DNA of 64,000 nt, from positions 1 to 64,000 of IMG/VR virus record IMGVR_UViG_3300046779_001754; one strand, given 5' to 3'. The number at the start of each line of letters is the position of its first letter. The stretch's first letter is position 1. A program made the translations under genes and the position numbers. Source of the DNA: a virus. The notes below the pieces were generated by a model, which saw nothing but the letters and a program-made list of their open reading frames with translations, did no database searches and was not told where the DNA came from. This document shows, in pieces, positions 1 to 10,726 of the stretch.

Positions 1-11
1 ATAATGCAAGT

Positions 12-209
12 GTGCCCTGGCCTAAAAACGATGATCCACAAATGGATTGGGCCTGGGGAGTATATTCTCTAGAAGAATGGTTACGCCAACATGTCGGACC
101 CAGATATAAACACTGGGCCTATGACGACTGTAATGTAATGTTTAACATCGGGGTAGCATTTAGATGGGAGCGCGATCGCACTCTTTTTGTGCTGACCTGG
201 ACAAGATAA
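12..209 (+). CDS. small phage protein with C-terminal F-x2-E-x-D-x3-F-x-L-x-W motif (probably 5'-truncated by window edge)
   Basis: Frame is open to the window start; ends FRWERDRTLFVLTW, a motif shared with other small ORFs here. Confidence 0.6.
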   Translation: MPWPKNDDPQMDWAWGVYSLEEWLRQHVGPRYKHWAYDDCNVMFNIGVAFRWERDRTLFVLTWTR

Positions 210-210
210 T

Positions 211-302
211 GGAAGTGTGGCAGAGTCTGGTTTATTGCACCGGTCTTGAAAACCGACGGTTCAGAAATGGGTCCGTGAGTTCGAATCTCACCGCTTCCAC
301 CA
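211..302 (+). tRNA. tRNA-Ser(TGA)
   Basis: Cloverleaf, loop CT-TGA-AA, long variable arm, TTCGAAT, CCA. Confidence 0.93.
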
Positions 303-307
303 ATTCG

Positions 308-383
308 GCTGATGTGGCACAGTAGGTAGCGCACATCCTTGGTAAGGATGAGGTCACCAGTTCGATTCTGGTCATCAGCACCA
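308..383 (+). tRNA. tRNA-Thr(GGT)
   Basis: GCTGATG/CATCAGC acceptor stem, CATCC-TTGGTAA-GGATG, CCA. Confidence 0.95.
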
Positions 384-384
384 A

Positions 385-413
385 TTGACAATTTATATCA
401 ACTATGCTATAGT
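385..413 (+). promoter_or_regulatory. sigma70-type promoter
   Basis: TTGACA-17nt-TATAGT with extended -10 TG. Confidence 0.6.
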
Positions 414-414
414 A

Positions 415-489
415 CGGTCTGTAGCTCAGTGGAAGAGCTCTGGTCTTCGGAACCAGCTGTCGGCAGTTCGAATCTGTCCAGACCGGCCA
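415..489 (+). tRNA. tRNA-Arg(TCG)
   Basis: CGGTCTG/CAGACCG acceptor stem, CTGGT-CTTCGGA-ACCAG anticodon arm, CCA. Confidence 0.85.
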
Positions 490-490
490 A

Positions 491-567
491 CTCTGTATAG
501 CGCAGCCTGGTAGCGCACTTGCATGGGGTGCAAGGGGTCGGGAGTTCAAATCTCTCTACAGAGACCA
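491..567 (+). tRNA. tRNA-Pro(GGG)
   Basis: CTCTGTA/TACAGAG acceptor stem, CTTGC-ATGGGGT-GCAAG, CCA. Confidence 0.93.
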
Positions 568-569
568 AG

Positions 570-636
570 TATAAATATTTTTGTTGTAGTGCCTTAGGGG
601 CTACAACAAAATCTTGCTTATTTTAAGGAGAAAAAT
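570..636 (+). promoter_or_regulatory. TATAAATA late-type promoter plus ROSE-like RNA thermometer 5'UTR of dnaK
   Basis: TATAAATA 570-577; hairpin 579-611; TCTT-G-CTTA/TAAG-GAGA hairpin sequesters the SD with a bulged G (UUGCU motif). Confidence 0.7.
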
Positions 637-2511
637 ATGAGCACAATTATTGGTATTGACCTAGGTACCACAAACAGTTGCGTAGCCGTTGTTGAAAACG
701 GTGTGGCAAAAATTATTGAAAATTCTGAAGGCGCACGTACTACCCCTAGTATTGTTGCCTACACCGACGCAGAAGTTCTTGTTGGAGCCCCAGCAAAGCG
801 TCAAGCAGTAACCAATCCCCGAAATACAATCTATGCTGCCAAGCGACTAATTGGTCGTAAGTTCCGGGAACAGGCGGTACAAAAAGACATTGACCTAATG
901 CCGTATCAGATTGTAGAAGCCCAAAATGGTGACGCATGGGTCCGAGCAAACAATCAAGACCTGGCACCTCCGCAAATCTCCGCAGAAGTTCTGCGTAAGA
1001 TGAAAAAGACTGCAGAAGATTATCTTGGTCACGAAGTCACAGAAGCTGTAATCACAGTTCCTGCTTACTTTAACGATTCGCAACGTCAAGCTACAAAAGA
1101 CGCAGGTAAGATTGCAGGCCTAGATGTCAAACGTATTATCAATGAGCCTACTGCGGCTGCCCTGGCCTACGGTGTTGACAAAGCAAGTAATCGCGATCGT
1201 AAAGTTGCGGTGTATGATCTAGGTGGTGGTACATTTGATGTATCAATTATTGAAATCGCCAATGTAGACGGTGACAAACAGATTGAAGTTCTCAGCACCA
1301 ATGGTGATACATTCCTTGGTGGCGAAGACTTTGACAATCGTATCATGGATTATCTTGTTGCTGAATTTAAAAAGGAATCTGGTGTTGACCTAAGCCGGGA
1401 CGTTATGGCGCTGCAACGTCTCAAAGAAGCAGCCGAACGTACTAAAATTGAACTCAGTAACGGCTCACAGACCGATGTCAATTTGCCTTATATCACAGCC
1501 GATGCCACAGGGCCAAAGCATTTAAATATTAAGATGACTCGTGCTCGACTGGAATCCCTAGTTGAAGATCTAATTCAACGCAGTATTGAGCCATGCCGGG
1601 TTGCCATGAAGGATGCAGGTGTTACAGCCGCTGACATTGATGAAGTTATCTTAGTCGGTGGTCAAACACGTATGCCCAAAGTACAAGAAGCAGTTGAACG
1701 ACTATTTGGTCGGGCACCTCGCAAGGATGTCAATCCTGACGAAGCAGTTGCAGCAGGTGCAGCAGTACAAGGTGCAGTGCTAGGCGGTGATCGCAAAGAC
1801 GTACTGTTACTTGACGTAACACCGTTGAGCCTTGGAATTGAAACGCAAGGTGGTGTGTTTACTAAATTGATCAACAAGAACACCACTATTCCCACAAAGC
1901 ATAGTCAGGTGTTTTCAACCGCAGATGATAATCAACCTGCTGTGACAATTAAAGTTGCGCAAGGCGAACGTGAACTATTCCAGTATAACAAGCTACTAGG
2001 TGAATTCAACTTAGAAGGTATTGACCCTGCGCCACGTGGTATGCCACAGATTGAAGTTACTCTTGACATCGATGCCAATGGTATTATTCATGTATCGGCA
2101 AAAGACAAGAAAACTGGAAAAGAAAATAAAATCACTATCAAGTCAGACAGTGGTCTAAGTCAGGAAGAAATTGACCGTATGGTCCAAGATGCCGAGGCCA
2201 ATGCCGAGGCTGATAAGAAACAACGCGAGTTAATTGAAGCTCGTAACCAAGCTGAATCAGCAGTACATGGCATTCGCTCTGATCTAAAGGACACAGGGTC
2301 ACAGCTCTCTGAGAGCGAGCGTCAGACTATTGATGATGCATTAAATGAAGTAGAAAAGGCCCAAGCTCAAGATGATGTCGCAGCAATTAAGTCTGCTGTT
2401 GAAAAAGCACTTAAAGCGTCAGCTGCTTTGTTTGAGGCCAAGGCCAAGAGTCAGTCTACGTCAGATTCCGACGACACGGTAGTTGATGCCGAGTTCAAAG
2501 AATCCAAGTAG
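637..2511 (+). CDS. dnaK: molecular chaperone DnaK (Hsp70)
   Basis: [38 protein letters not shown]-terminal VVDAEF. Confidence 0.99.
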   Translation: MSTIIGIDLGTTNSCVAVVENGVAKIIENSEGARTTPSIVAYTDAEVLVGAPAKRQAVTNPRNTIYAAKRLIGRKFREQAVQKDIDLMPYQIVEAQNGDAWVRANNQDLAPPQISAEVLRKMKKTAEDYLGHEVTEAVITVPAYFNDSQRQATKDAGKIAGLDVKRIINEPTAAALAYGVDKASNRDRKVAVYDLGGGTFDVSIIEIANVDGDKQIEVLSTNGDTFLGGEDFDNRIMDYLVAEFKKESGVDLSRDVMALQRLKEAAERTKIELSNGSQTDVNLPYITADATGPKHLNIKMTRARLESLVEDLIQRSIEPCRVAMKDAGVTAADIDEVILVGGQTRMPKVQEAVERLFGRAPRKDVNPDEAVAAGAAVQGAVLGGDRKDVLLLDVTPLSLGIETQGGVFTKLINKNTTIPTKHSQVFSTADDNQPAVTIKVAQGERELFQYNKLLGEFNLEGIDPAPRGMPQIEVTLDIDANGIIHVSAKDKKTGKENKITIKSDSGLSQEEIDRMVQDAEANAEADKKQRELIEARNQAESAVHGIRSDLKDTGSQLSESERQTIDDALNEVEKAQAQDDVAAIKSAVEKALKASAALFEAKAKSQSTSDSDDTVVDAEFKESK

Positions 2512-2518
2512 ATCCCCA

Positions 2519-2542
2519 GGCCCAGTGTAACTGGGCTTTTTT
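2519..2542 (+). terminator. rho-independent terminator
   Basis: GGCCCAGT-GTA-ACTGGGCT followed by T-run. Confidence 0.8.
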
Positions 2543-2558
2543 GTGAAAGGAAAGTAAA

Positions 2559-3113
2559 ATGAACGTTCTTGCATTAGACATTTCAGGGCTACCACGCAAA
2601 TGGATCAGCTTTGAGGAAGCGATCTTATATCATGCTAAAAATCAAGTCGCTTGGAGTCTAGGCGAGACAGTGGCAACGTTCCGCGGTGGTTATCAACGCG
2701 GCGGCGAGCAAAGCGTTCTAGAAACTCCAAGTATCATTGCTGTAAAAGGACAAGGTTTTAGTTTAAAACGTGCGGGTCGAGTTATCCTGACTAACCGCAC
2801 ATTGTTTGCACGTGATCTGCATGTGTGTGCATATTGCGGCGAACGACATACTACGCCAAATCTAAGTCGTGACCATGTGATTCCCCGGAGTCGCGGTGGT
2901 GAGGATATATGGACCAACGTAGTTACGTCATGTCATCGGTGTAATCATTCCAAAGGAGCTCGTACTCCCGAGGAAGCTCGTTTACACTTACGTTATGTTC
3001 CTTACGAACCTAACCATTACGAGAACTTAATTCTGCAAAATCGTAAGATACTTGCAGATCAAATGGAATACTTACTGGCAGGCGTTCCAAAAAGTTCAAG
3101 ACTATGGCAATAG
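2559..3113 (+). CDS. HNH endonuclease (McrA-like)
   Basis: RD..CAYCG, DHVIPRSRGG..W.NVVTSCHRCN..KG. Confidence 0.92.
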   Translation: MNVLALDISGLPRKWISFEEAILYHAKNQVAWSLGETVATFRGGYQRGGEQSVLETPSIIAVKGQGFSLKRAGRVILTNRTLFARDLHVCAYCGERHTTPNLSRDHVIPRSRGGEDIWTNVVTSCHRCNHSKGARTPEEARLHLRYVPYEPNHYENLILQNRKILADQMEYLLAGVPKSSRLWQ

Positions 3114-3131
3114 GTTGGTAAGTAACGGATT

Positions 3132-3206
3132 GCGGGTATAGCACAGTGGTAGTGCGACACGTTGCCAACGTGTAGGTCATCAGTTCGAATCTGATTATCC
3201 GCTCCA
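3132..3206 (+). tRNA. tRNA-Gly(GCC)
   Basis: GCGGGTA start, ACACG-TTGCCAA-CGTGT, TCCA end. Confidence 0.95.
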
Positions 3207-3214
3207 AGAATTTC

Positions 3215-3290
3215 GGGAGGTTAGCTCAGTTGGTAGAGCGTTGCCCTTACAAGGCAAATGTCGCCGGTTCGAACCCGTCACCTCCTACCA
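3215..3290 (+). tRNA. tRNA-Val(TAC)
   Basis: TTGCC-CTTACAA-GGCAA, CCA. Confidence 0.95.
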
Positions 3291-3296
3291 AACAAT

Positions 3297-3372
3297 CGCG
3301 GATTAGGGAAGTGGTCATCCCGCTAGGCTCATAACCTGGAGATCGTTGGTTCGAATCCAGCATCCGCAACCA
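3297..3372 (+). tRNA. tRNA-Met(CAT), initiator-like
   Basis: CGCGGAT start with C1:A72 mismatch, CTCATAA loop, CCA. Confidence 0.9.
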
Positions 3373-3378
3373 TTTATT

Positions 3379-3454
3379 CCGACCGTGGCCGAATGGATTA
3401 GGCAACAAGCTTCTACCTTGTACCACGTGGGTTCGAATCCTGCCGGTCGGGCCA
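3379..3454 (+). tRNA. tRNA-Arg(TCT)
   Basis: CCGACCG/CGGTCGG acceptor stem, ACAAG-CTTCTAC-CTTGT, CCA. Confidence 0.9.
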
Positions 3455-3512
3455 TAAAACCAGCTAAATATGAAACAGACTTTTTGTCTGGCATAGTTAG
3501 ACGGAGTAGACA

Positions 3513-4367
3513 TTGAAAAAAATATTAATAATCGTATTGGCCGCTCTATGTTTAGTTACTGGTGCCGAAGCAAAACAAAAAAAACATCGGCATCATCACG
3601 TAGCGACAAAAAAAGTCGCAGTGACCAAAACAAAATATAGTTCTGTTCGCACTGTAGCACCAATAAGCATATTGGCGTATGACATCAAATCTCATACCGC
3701 AGTGCATGGATATGCCACTAGTGTTGTGAGGCCAATGGCCAGTTTAACTAAGTTAATGACAGCAATGGTGAGTTTAGATGCCAATCATGACTTACAACAG
3801 TCTGTGAAATATCAAGGACGTTGGGTACCTAGAGAACAATTGTTTCAACGCCTGTTGATTAGAAGTGACAACAGTGTTGCAGAATTCTTGAGTCAAGATT
3901 ACCCTGGCGGTCGAGATGCATTTATCTCAGCGATGAATCACAAGGCAGCACGACTGGCCATGCTTGACACACACTTTGACGACCCCAGTGGTCGCATACA
4001 TACCAATGTCAGCACCGCAGAAGATGTTGGTCGTATGTTAGAAGCTGCACATGGTTATCAAACCATTCGTAGAATTTCAACCTATCAAGATTTAACAACC
4101 ACCACAGTGGTTAAACGACGCAACAAAACCACTATCAATGTTAATCATGCACCAAACACCAACACCATGGTGCTAACTGCTTTCCCTGAAGTGGTAGTAA
4201 GCAAAACTGGTTTTACCAACCCCGCAGGATACTGTGTGGGAGTTGTTGTAGAACAAAATGGACGTACCTATGTAGTAGTTGTCATGGGTGCCCATAATCG
4301 ATATGAAAGATTTGACAAAGTAAAAGATGTCATGTACAATCATATTGTTGCAGCGTCAAACACATAA
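3513..4367 (+). CDS. D-alanyl-D-alanine carboxy/endopeptidase (peptidase S11, PBP7-like), exported
   Basis: Signal peptide; SxxK (ASLTK), SxN (SDN) and KTG motifs; TTG start with GGAG SD. Confidence 0.9.
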   Translation: MKKILIIVLAALCLVTGAEAKQKKHRHHHVATKKVAVTKTKYSSVRTVAPISILAYDIKSHTAVHGYATSVVRPMASLTKLMTAMVSLDANHDLQQSVKYQGRWVPREQLFQRLLIRSDNSVAEFLSQDYPGGRDAFISAMNHKAARLAMLDTHFDDPSGRIHTNVSTAEDVGRMLEAAHGYQTIRRISTYQDLTTTTVVKRRNKTTINVNHAPNTNTMVLTAFPEVVVSKTGFTNPAGYCVGVVVEQNGRTYVVVVMGAHNRYERFDKVKDVMYNHIVAASNT

Positions 4368-4368
4368 A

Positions 4369-4446
4369 CTCGGAGTAGTTCAGCCTGGTTAGAACGCCTG
4401 CTTTGGGAGCAGGAGGTCGAGAGTTCGAATCCCTCTTCCGAGACCA
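4369..4446 (+). tRNA. tRNA-Pro(TGG)
   Basis: CCTGC-TTTGGGA-GCAGG, CCA. Confidence 0.93.
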
Positions 4447-4450
4447 AATT

Positions 4451-4666
4451 ATGACAAGACTTAACATTTGCCCCAAAGGATCCACACCATATTTTGCTAT
4501 GGGTGCCAAATCTCAACACATGAAACATGAGTTTGAAAGCTGGTGCCGTCGCAACAGTATTGGTGCTGTGAACTGGTTTGGGACTAATATTGTTGAGTTT
4601 GAACAAGAAGAAGATTTAACTTTCTTTTTGATGACTTGGCAACACGAATACGAAGTTATAAAATAA
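4451..4666 (+). CDS. small phage protein (F-x2-E-x-D-x3-F-x2-x-W family)
   Basis: ATG just after tRNA-Pro; C-terminal FEQEEDLTFFLMTW. Confidence 0.7.
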   Translation: MTRLNICPKGSTPYFAMGAKSQHMKHEFESWCRRNSIGAVNWFGTNIVEFEQEEDLTFFLMTWQHEYEVIK

Positions 4667-4667
4667 C

Positions 4668-4743
4668 GCGGGTAAAGTGTTTACGGTTACACGTCAGTCT
4701 TCCAAACTGAAATAGAGGGGTTCGAATCCCCCTTCCCGCTCCA
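4668..4743 (+). tRNA. tRNA-Gly(TCC)
   Basis: TCAGT-CTTCCAA-ACTGA, TCCA end. Confidence 0.93.
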
Positions 4744-4750
4744 AAACAAT

Positions 4751-4826
4751 GCTGGCGTAGCACAATTGGCAGTGCAACTGATTTGTAATCAGTAGGTTGA
4801 GGGTTCGATTCCTTTCGCCAGCACCA
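4751..4826 (+). tRNA. tRNA-Thr(TGT)
   Basis: GCTGGCG/CGCCAGC acceptor stem, ACTGA-TTTGTAA-TCAGT, CCA. Confidence 0.95.
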
Positions 4827-4839
4827 AATAAATATTAGT

Positions 4840-4968
4840 ATGGGCACAGAGCAGTTATATTTCATTATTGGATTTTTGCTTGGCACAATACTAACCGGTT
4901 GTATACTAGGTATCAGTTTCATACTATGGCATGAATGGTACTATAGACCAAAAAATATCGAAGAGTAA
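4840..4968 (+). CDS. 42-aa single-pass membrane peptide (not in ORF track)
   Basis: MGTEQLYFIIGFLLGTILTGCILGISFILWHEWYYRPKNIEE; TAATG overlap with next gene; TAAATA upstream. Confidence 0.65.
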   Translation: MGTEQLYFIIGFLLGTILTGCILGISFILWHEWYYRPKNIEE

Positions 4969-5597
4969 TGGGCGCTAGAAATCATCATTTAATAGTTGAC
5001 TATCTAGATCAACTGTCAGGATCAATCGTAGAAATTGGTGCAGGACGCTGTGAAGGCAGCACTGATTTCTTTGCAGGTATTGCTGCATGTAGACCTGATT
5101 TAACCTATCATAGTGTAGACTTTGATCCCGAACCTCACAAGGTCATGGGCAAGTATGCCGTTAAACTACCAAACATGACTGCACATCAAATGCTTGGTGA
5201 GCAGTTCTTAGAAGATATACTAATACCTTCGGGAGAACGTGTGTGTTGGGCGTACCTAGATAATTTTGACTGGATATATTATGCTCCTGAAGATCAACCG
5301 GTGTGGTTACAAAAACAAATCATGAGATACGCACAGTTTGATTTGATCATGAACAATGAAAATAGTCAACGTGCTCATCTAGTACAAACTCAACTCATTG
5401 CTTCTATTGCTGCCGAACGATGTGTGATACACTTTGATGATACTCGTGTTGTTAGAGCTGACCAAGAACAGGGTATTCCTAGAAGCTATGATGGCAAAGG
5501 TGGTACTGCTGTGCCCTGGTTACTGACACAGGGCTGGCGTGTAATACACGGTGACAATTCCAATGTTGCCTGTGCAAATTTTAGTATTGTTGTATGA
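4968..5597 (+). CDS. putative class I SAM-dependent methyltransferase
   Basis: IVEIGAG motif I, YLD and IHFDDT downstream motifs. Confidence 0.6.
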   Translation: MGARNHHLIVDYLDQLSGSIVEIGAGRCEGSTDFFAGIAACRPDLTYHSVDFDPEPHKVMGKYAVKLPNMTAHQMLGEQFLEDILIPSGERVCWAYLDNFDWIYYAPEDQPVWLQKQIMRYAQFDLIMNNENSQRAHLVQTQLIASIAAERCVIHFDDTRVVRADQEQGIPRSYDGKGGTAVPWLLTQGWRVIHGDNSNVACANFSIVV

Positions 5598-5904
5598 AGC
5601 AAACTGAAAAGGGTTCTGGACGTGGGTTCGACTCCCACCTGGTCCACCAAAAGCATTGGGTTCGAACCCCACCGTATGCCAAGGACACCCGAAAGGGACC
5701 AACTTACACTTGCGGACTATATGGTTAGTATGCTTTTGATGGGCCAGACAAGGCTTCGACAGGGTAATGAGTAGGCAAGCAGACAACACGAGAGTCGACT
5801 GACGTAATCAGCGAAACATAGTAACTGCAAACGCAGCTAACGACGAGGTTTTTGCTCTAGCAGCCTAACCTCCGGGGCAGTTATGCCTTGTAACCCAAAA
5901 TAAC
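5584..5904 (+). ncRNA. ssrA: circularly permuted (two-piece) tmRNA; tag (A)ANAANDEVFALAA
   Basis: T-arm plus CTGGTCC-ACCA ends at 5649; intervening segment 5650-5740; 5' acceptor half GGGCCAG at 5741 (G3:U70); tag ORF 5827-5868; outer ends approximate. Confidence 0.9.
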
Positions 5905-5930
5905 AAGCCCGCTTCGGCGGGCTTTTTCTT
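5905..5930 (+). terminator. rho-independent terminator
   Basis: AAGCCCGC-TTCG-GCGGGCTT plus T-run. Confidence 0.9.
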
Positions 5931-5941
5931 GGCCAAAAAAT

Positions 5942-6039
5942 TTGCAACCTGATTGCTAAAAATGTATAATTACTATTTGCGTAGTGCTCTTGGAGATTAC
6001 GCATACTTTCTTGCTTATTTTTAAAAGGAGAAGGCAACG
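5942..6039 (+). promoter_or_regulatory. sigma70 promoter plus ROSE-like RNA thermometer 5'UTR of groES
   Basis: TTGCAA-17-TATAAT; hairpin 5978-6003; CTTTCTT-G-CTT/AAG-GAGAAGG hairpin with bulged G over the SD. Confidence 0.7.
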
Positions 6040-7957
<1,918 letters not shown>

Positions 7958-7959
7958 AC

Positions 7960-7983
7960 AAAGCCCACTTCGGTGGGCTTTTT
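7960..7983 (+). terminator. rho-independent terminator
   Basis: AAAGCCCAC-TTCG-GTGGGCTTT plus T-run. Confidence 0.9.
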
Positions 7984-8001
7984 GTTACAATTTTTTTCGC
8001 C

Positions 8002-8047
8002 GAATCATGATTTTGTAATAATGTTGTAACATTATGATGTTTAAATA
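8002..8047 (+). promoter_or_regulatory. putative Pho box (PhoB site) and -10 element
   Basis: 11-bp periodic heptamers GAATCAT/TTGTAAT/TTGTAAC (consensus CTGTCAT), then 10 nt, then TTAAAT. Confidence 0.7.
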
Positions 8048-8081
8048 ATACTGCATTGCAATAATCATTCAAGGAGATATT

Positions 8082-9107
8082 ATGAATAAACTCGTAGCTA
8101 TTGTAGCTATTTTATTTTCAACAGTGGCATCAGCAGCAGACATCACAGGTGCCGGGGCAACTTTCCCTTACCCAATTTATGCCAAATGGGCCGAAGCATA
8201 CAAAGCAGCAACAGGCATAGGTCTTAACTATCAAAGTATAGGCTCAGGTGGTGGCATTCGTCAAATCAAAGCCAAGACAGTTGACTTTGGTGCAAGCGAC
8301 ATGCCATTGAAACCCGAAGAATTAGATCGCGACGGGTTAGTGCAATTTCCAGCAATTATCGGTGGTGTTGTTCCAGTGGTAAATCTTGATGGTGTAGAAC
8401 CAGGACAATTAAAATTAACAAGTGATGTTGTGGCAGGTATTCATCTAGGTCGAATTACTAAGTGGAACGATCGAGCAATTGTAGAATTAAATCCAGGTGT
8501 TACGCTACCGGCAATCAACATTACCGAAGTACATCGTGCAGATGGTTCAGGTACAACATTTATTTGGACAAATTATCTAAGTAAAGCTAATCCAGAGTTT
8601 GCTAAAGTAATTGGTGAAGGTACAGCAGTTAAATGGCCAGTTGGTGTTGGTGGTAAAGGTAACGAAGGTGTTGCAGCCAATGTACAACGTGTTAAAGGTT
8701 CATTTGGTTACGTTGAATATGCATACGCTAAGAAAAACAAAATTGCATGGGCACAGTTAAAGAATCGTGACGGCCACTTTGTTCAACCAGATGACAGTGC
8801 ATTTAAAGCAGCAGCGTCAGGTGCAGATTGGGCAAATGCTCCAGGCATGTATCTACTATTGACTAATCAAACAGGAAAAGATTCTTGGCCAGCAACTGGT
8901 GCAAGTTTTATTTTAATGCATAAGCAACAAGCAGATGCATTGACAGGTCGTGCTATTCTTAAATTCTTTGATTGGAGTTATCGGAATGGTGCAAAAATGA
9001 GTGAGGAACTTGAATACGTTCATATGCCTCAGTCTGTAATTAAGTTGATTCAAGACAATTGGCGTCGTGACTTCAAAGGGCCTGATGGCATAGCAGTTTG
9101 GAAATAA
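8082..9107 (+). CDS. pstS: phosphate ABC transporter substrate-binding protein PstS
   Basis: GAGATFP, YQSIGSGGG, DFGASD, RADGSGTT. Confidence 0.98.
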   Translation: MNKLVAIVAILFSTVASAADITGAGATFPYPIYAKWAEAYKAATGIGLNYQSIGSGGGIRQIKAKTVDFGASDMPLKPEELDRDGLVQFPAIIGGVVPVVNLDGVEPGQLKLTSDVVAGIHLGRITKWNDRAIVELNPGVTLPAINITEVHRADGSGTTFIWTNYLSKANPEFAKVIGEGTAVKWPVGVGGKGNEGVAANVQRVKGSFGYVEYAYAKKNKIAWAQLKNRDGHFVQPDDSAFKAAASGADWANAPGMYLLLTNQTGKDSWPATGASFILMHKQQADALTGRAILKFFDWSYRNGAKMSEELEYVHMPQSVIKLIQDNWRRDFKGPDGIAVWK

Positions 9108-9112
9108 GAAAC

Positions 9113-9155
9113 TTGACAACTGATAGTTGGAAATGTTACCATTACTGGTTGTCAA
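9113..9155 (+). promoter_or_regulatory. intergenic inverted repeat / possible sigma70 promoter
   Basis: TTGACAAC...GTTGTCAA hairpin; also TTGACA-18-TACCAT. Confidence 0.4.
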
Positions 9156-9172
9156 CAATTTAAGGATTATAT

Positions 9173-10585
9173 ATGAAAACAATTAAGAAATTAGCACTAG
9201 CAGCAACCTTGATGTCTGCATTTGTTGCATCAGCAATAGCAGATGATTACACAGATACGTTGGACATTCTTTTGCAAAAAGGAATACTAACCAAGCAAGA
9301 ACATTCTGCTAAAATTGAAGCACACAAAGATCGTTTGGAGAATACACAATTCAATTCCAGTCGTATCGACAAAGACCTAAGAGATAACAACAATTACCGT
9401 CTAAGTAAAGCGAACGATGGTGCTGTTATGGAAAATGGGTTAGGCATTAAGTCTAAAGATGGTAACACCACTGCGCAGTTTACTGGTCGTATTCATATGG
9501 ATTATAGAAATTACAGTCCAGACTATGCCGCAGGTCAAACTACAGATGGTTACCAAGATGCCATGGAAATGCGTAGAGGTCGTTTTGGTGTACGTGGGCA
9601 GATTGCTCGAGATTTCAAATATCAATTGTTAGCAAACTTTGGTAATGATGTCGGTGCTAGTAGTACATCCAGTACTATCGATGAATTCTGGGTAAACTAT
9701 GATGCCAACCCTGCTGCTCAATTTCAGTTTGGTACATTTAAGATGCCATTCAGTTTGGAACAGTTGACCAGTTCAAACAACATCGATTTCATGGAACGTA
9801 GTTTGGTTGGTCAGAACGACAGCGAATTGATTCCAGCAAAAGAAACCGGTGTAATGATTCATGGTGTTCCTGCTACAGGATTCACTTATGCACTAGCAGC
9901 AAGTCGTGGTCGTGCTAATAAATCTGCCACAGTCGATGGCGCAGATATCATTGGTCGTGTGACTACAAACATTGCTGAAGTGATTCAGAACAAAGACTTT
10001 GTTGCTCACTTAGGTGCTGCATACAGTACAGGCAACATCAAAACTGGTGTTACTGCTGCCAGTGGACGTACCGAAGCACGAAATCAAAGTGCATGGTTCA
10101 CAGGTTCAGCGATGAGTGGTGAAACAGAACGTACACGCCAAGGTCTTGAAGCAGCATTTGCTTGGAAGAATGTAAAGTTACAAGGTGAACAGTTTAATTT
10201 CAAGTATGATCCAACAACAGGTTCAGATCAAGAGATCAAAGGTCACTATGTTCAAGCTGTGTATAATCTAACAGGTGAAAGCCACAACTACAAAAATGGT
10301 ATCTTCAATTGGATCAAACCCAACGCCGCTGTAACCAGTGGTGGTCCAGGTGCATGGCAAGTTGCTGTACGTGCCAGTGAATTCAACGCCGAAGATGTTT
10401 CAGTGGCCACAGGCAAAAGCAATCGTGCTACAGCAATGACCTACGGAGTAACTTGGTTTTGGAACGACAATGTGCGTTTCATGTTAAACTATGTTGACAC
10501 TAAATTTGATGCTCCAGTAGGCACATCAGGTAGTCGTGTAAATGGCGAAAAGGCTGTAATGTTGCGTAGTCAACTTAGTTTCTAA
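9173..10585 (+). CDS. phosphate-selective porin (OprO/OprP family)
   Basis: Signal peptide, RRGRFG, QFGTFKMPFSLEQLTSS..IDFMERS, C-terminal RSQLSF; follows pstS. Confidence 0.9.
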   Translation: MKTIKKLALAATLMSAFVASAIADDYTDTLDILLQKGILTKQEHSAKIEAHKDRLENTQFNSSRIDKDLRDNNNYRLSKANDGAVMENGLGIKSKDGNTTAQFTGRIHMDYRNYSPDYAAGQTTDGYQDAMEMRRGRFGVRGQIARDFKYQLLANFGNDVGASSTSSTIDEFWVNYDANPAAQFQFGTFKMPFSLEQLTSSNNIDFMERSLVGQNDSELIPAKETGVMIHGVPATGFTYALAASRGRANKSATVDGADIIGRVTTNIAEVIQNKDFVAHLGAAYSTGNIKTGVTAASGRTEARNQSAWFTGSAMSGETERTRQGLEAAFAWKNVKLQGEQFNFKYDPTTGSDQEIKGHYVQAVYNLTGESHNYKNGIFNWIKPNAAVTSGGPGAWQVAVRASEFNAEDVSVATGKSNRATAMTYGVTWFWNDNVRFMLNYVDTKFDAPVGTSGSRVNGEKAVMLRSQLSF

Positions 10586-10654
10586 TCAATAAACGTTAAT
10601 TAAATCGGGCGCAAAGATTGGGCGATCACTGGAACCCGTAACCAGTAGCAACAC

Positions 10655-10677
10655 AGGGCTCTTCGGAGCCCTTTTTT
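10655..10677 (+). terminator. rho-independent terminator
   Basis: AGGGCTC-TTCG-GAGCCCT plus T-run. Confidence 0.9.
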
Positions 10678-10719
10678 CATAACCTCGTAACACAGTTGTA
10701 ATATCCAAAGGCTTAAATA
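10674..10719 (+). promoter_or_regulatory. second putative Pho box and -10 element
   Basis: TTTTCAT-aacc-TCGTAAC-acag-TTGTAAT, 10 nt, TTAAAT: same geometry as the pstS box. Confidence 0.65.
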
Positions 10720-10726
10720 TTTTATA

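Noticed and set aside
119-549. Minus-strand ORFs over tRNA clusters (also 3010-3513, 4340-4922, 5520-6037)
   Set aside because: Antisense shadows of tRNA/tmRNA genes
570-636. CIRCE or sigma32 control of the chaperone genes
   Set aside because: No TTAGCACTC-N9-GAGTGCTAA or CTTGAA/CCCCAT elements seen upstream of dnaK or groES
2509-2562. dnaK amber readthrough ending at an ATGA overlap with the HNH gene
   Set aside because: An intrinsic terminator lies in between and the extension looks non-coding; probably coincidence
2559-3113. HNH as an intron-encoded homing element
   Set aside because: Free-standing between intact genes; no intron structure or split gene seen
5658-5670. Extra tRNA inside the tmRNA intervening segment (GGGTTCGAACCC)
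   Set aside because: Only a T-loop-like hairpin; no cloverleaf
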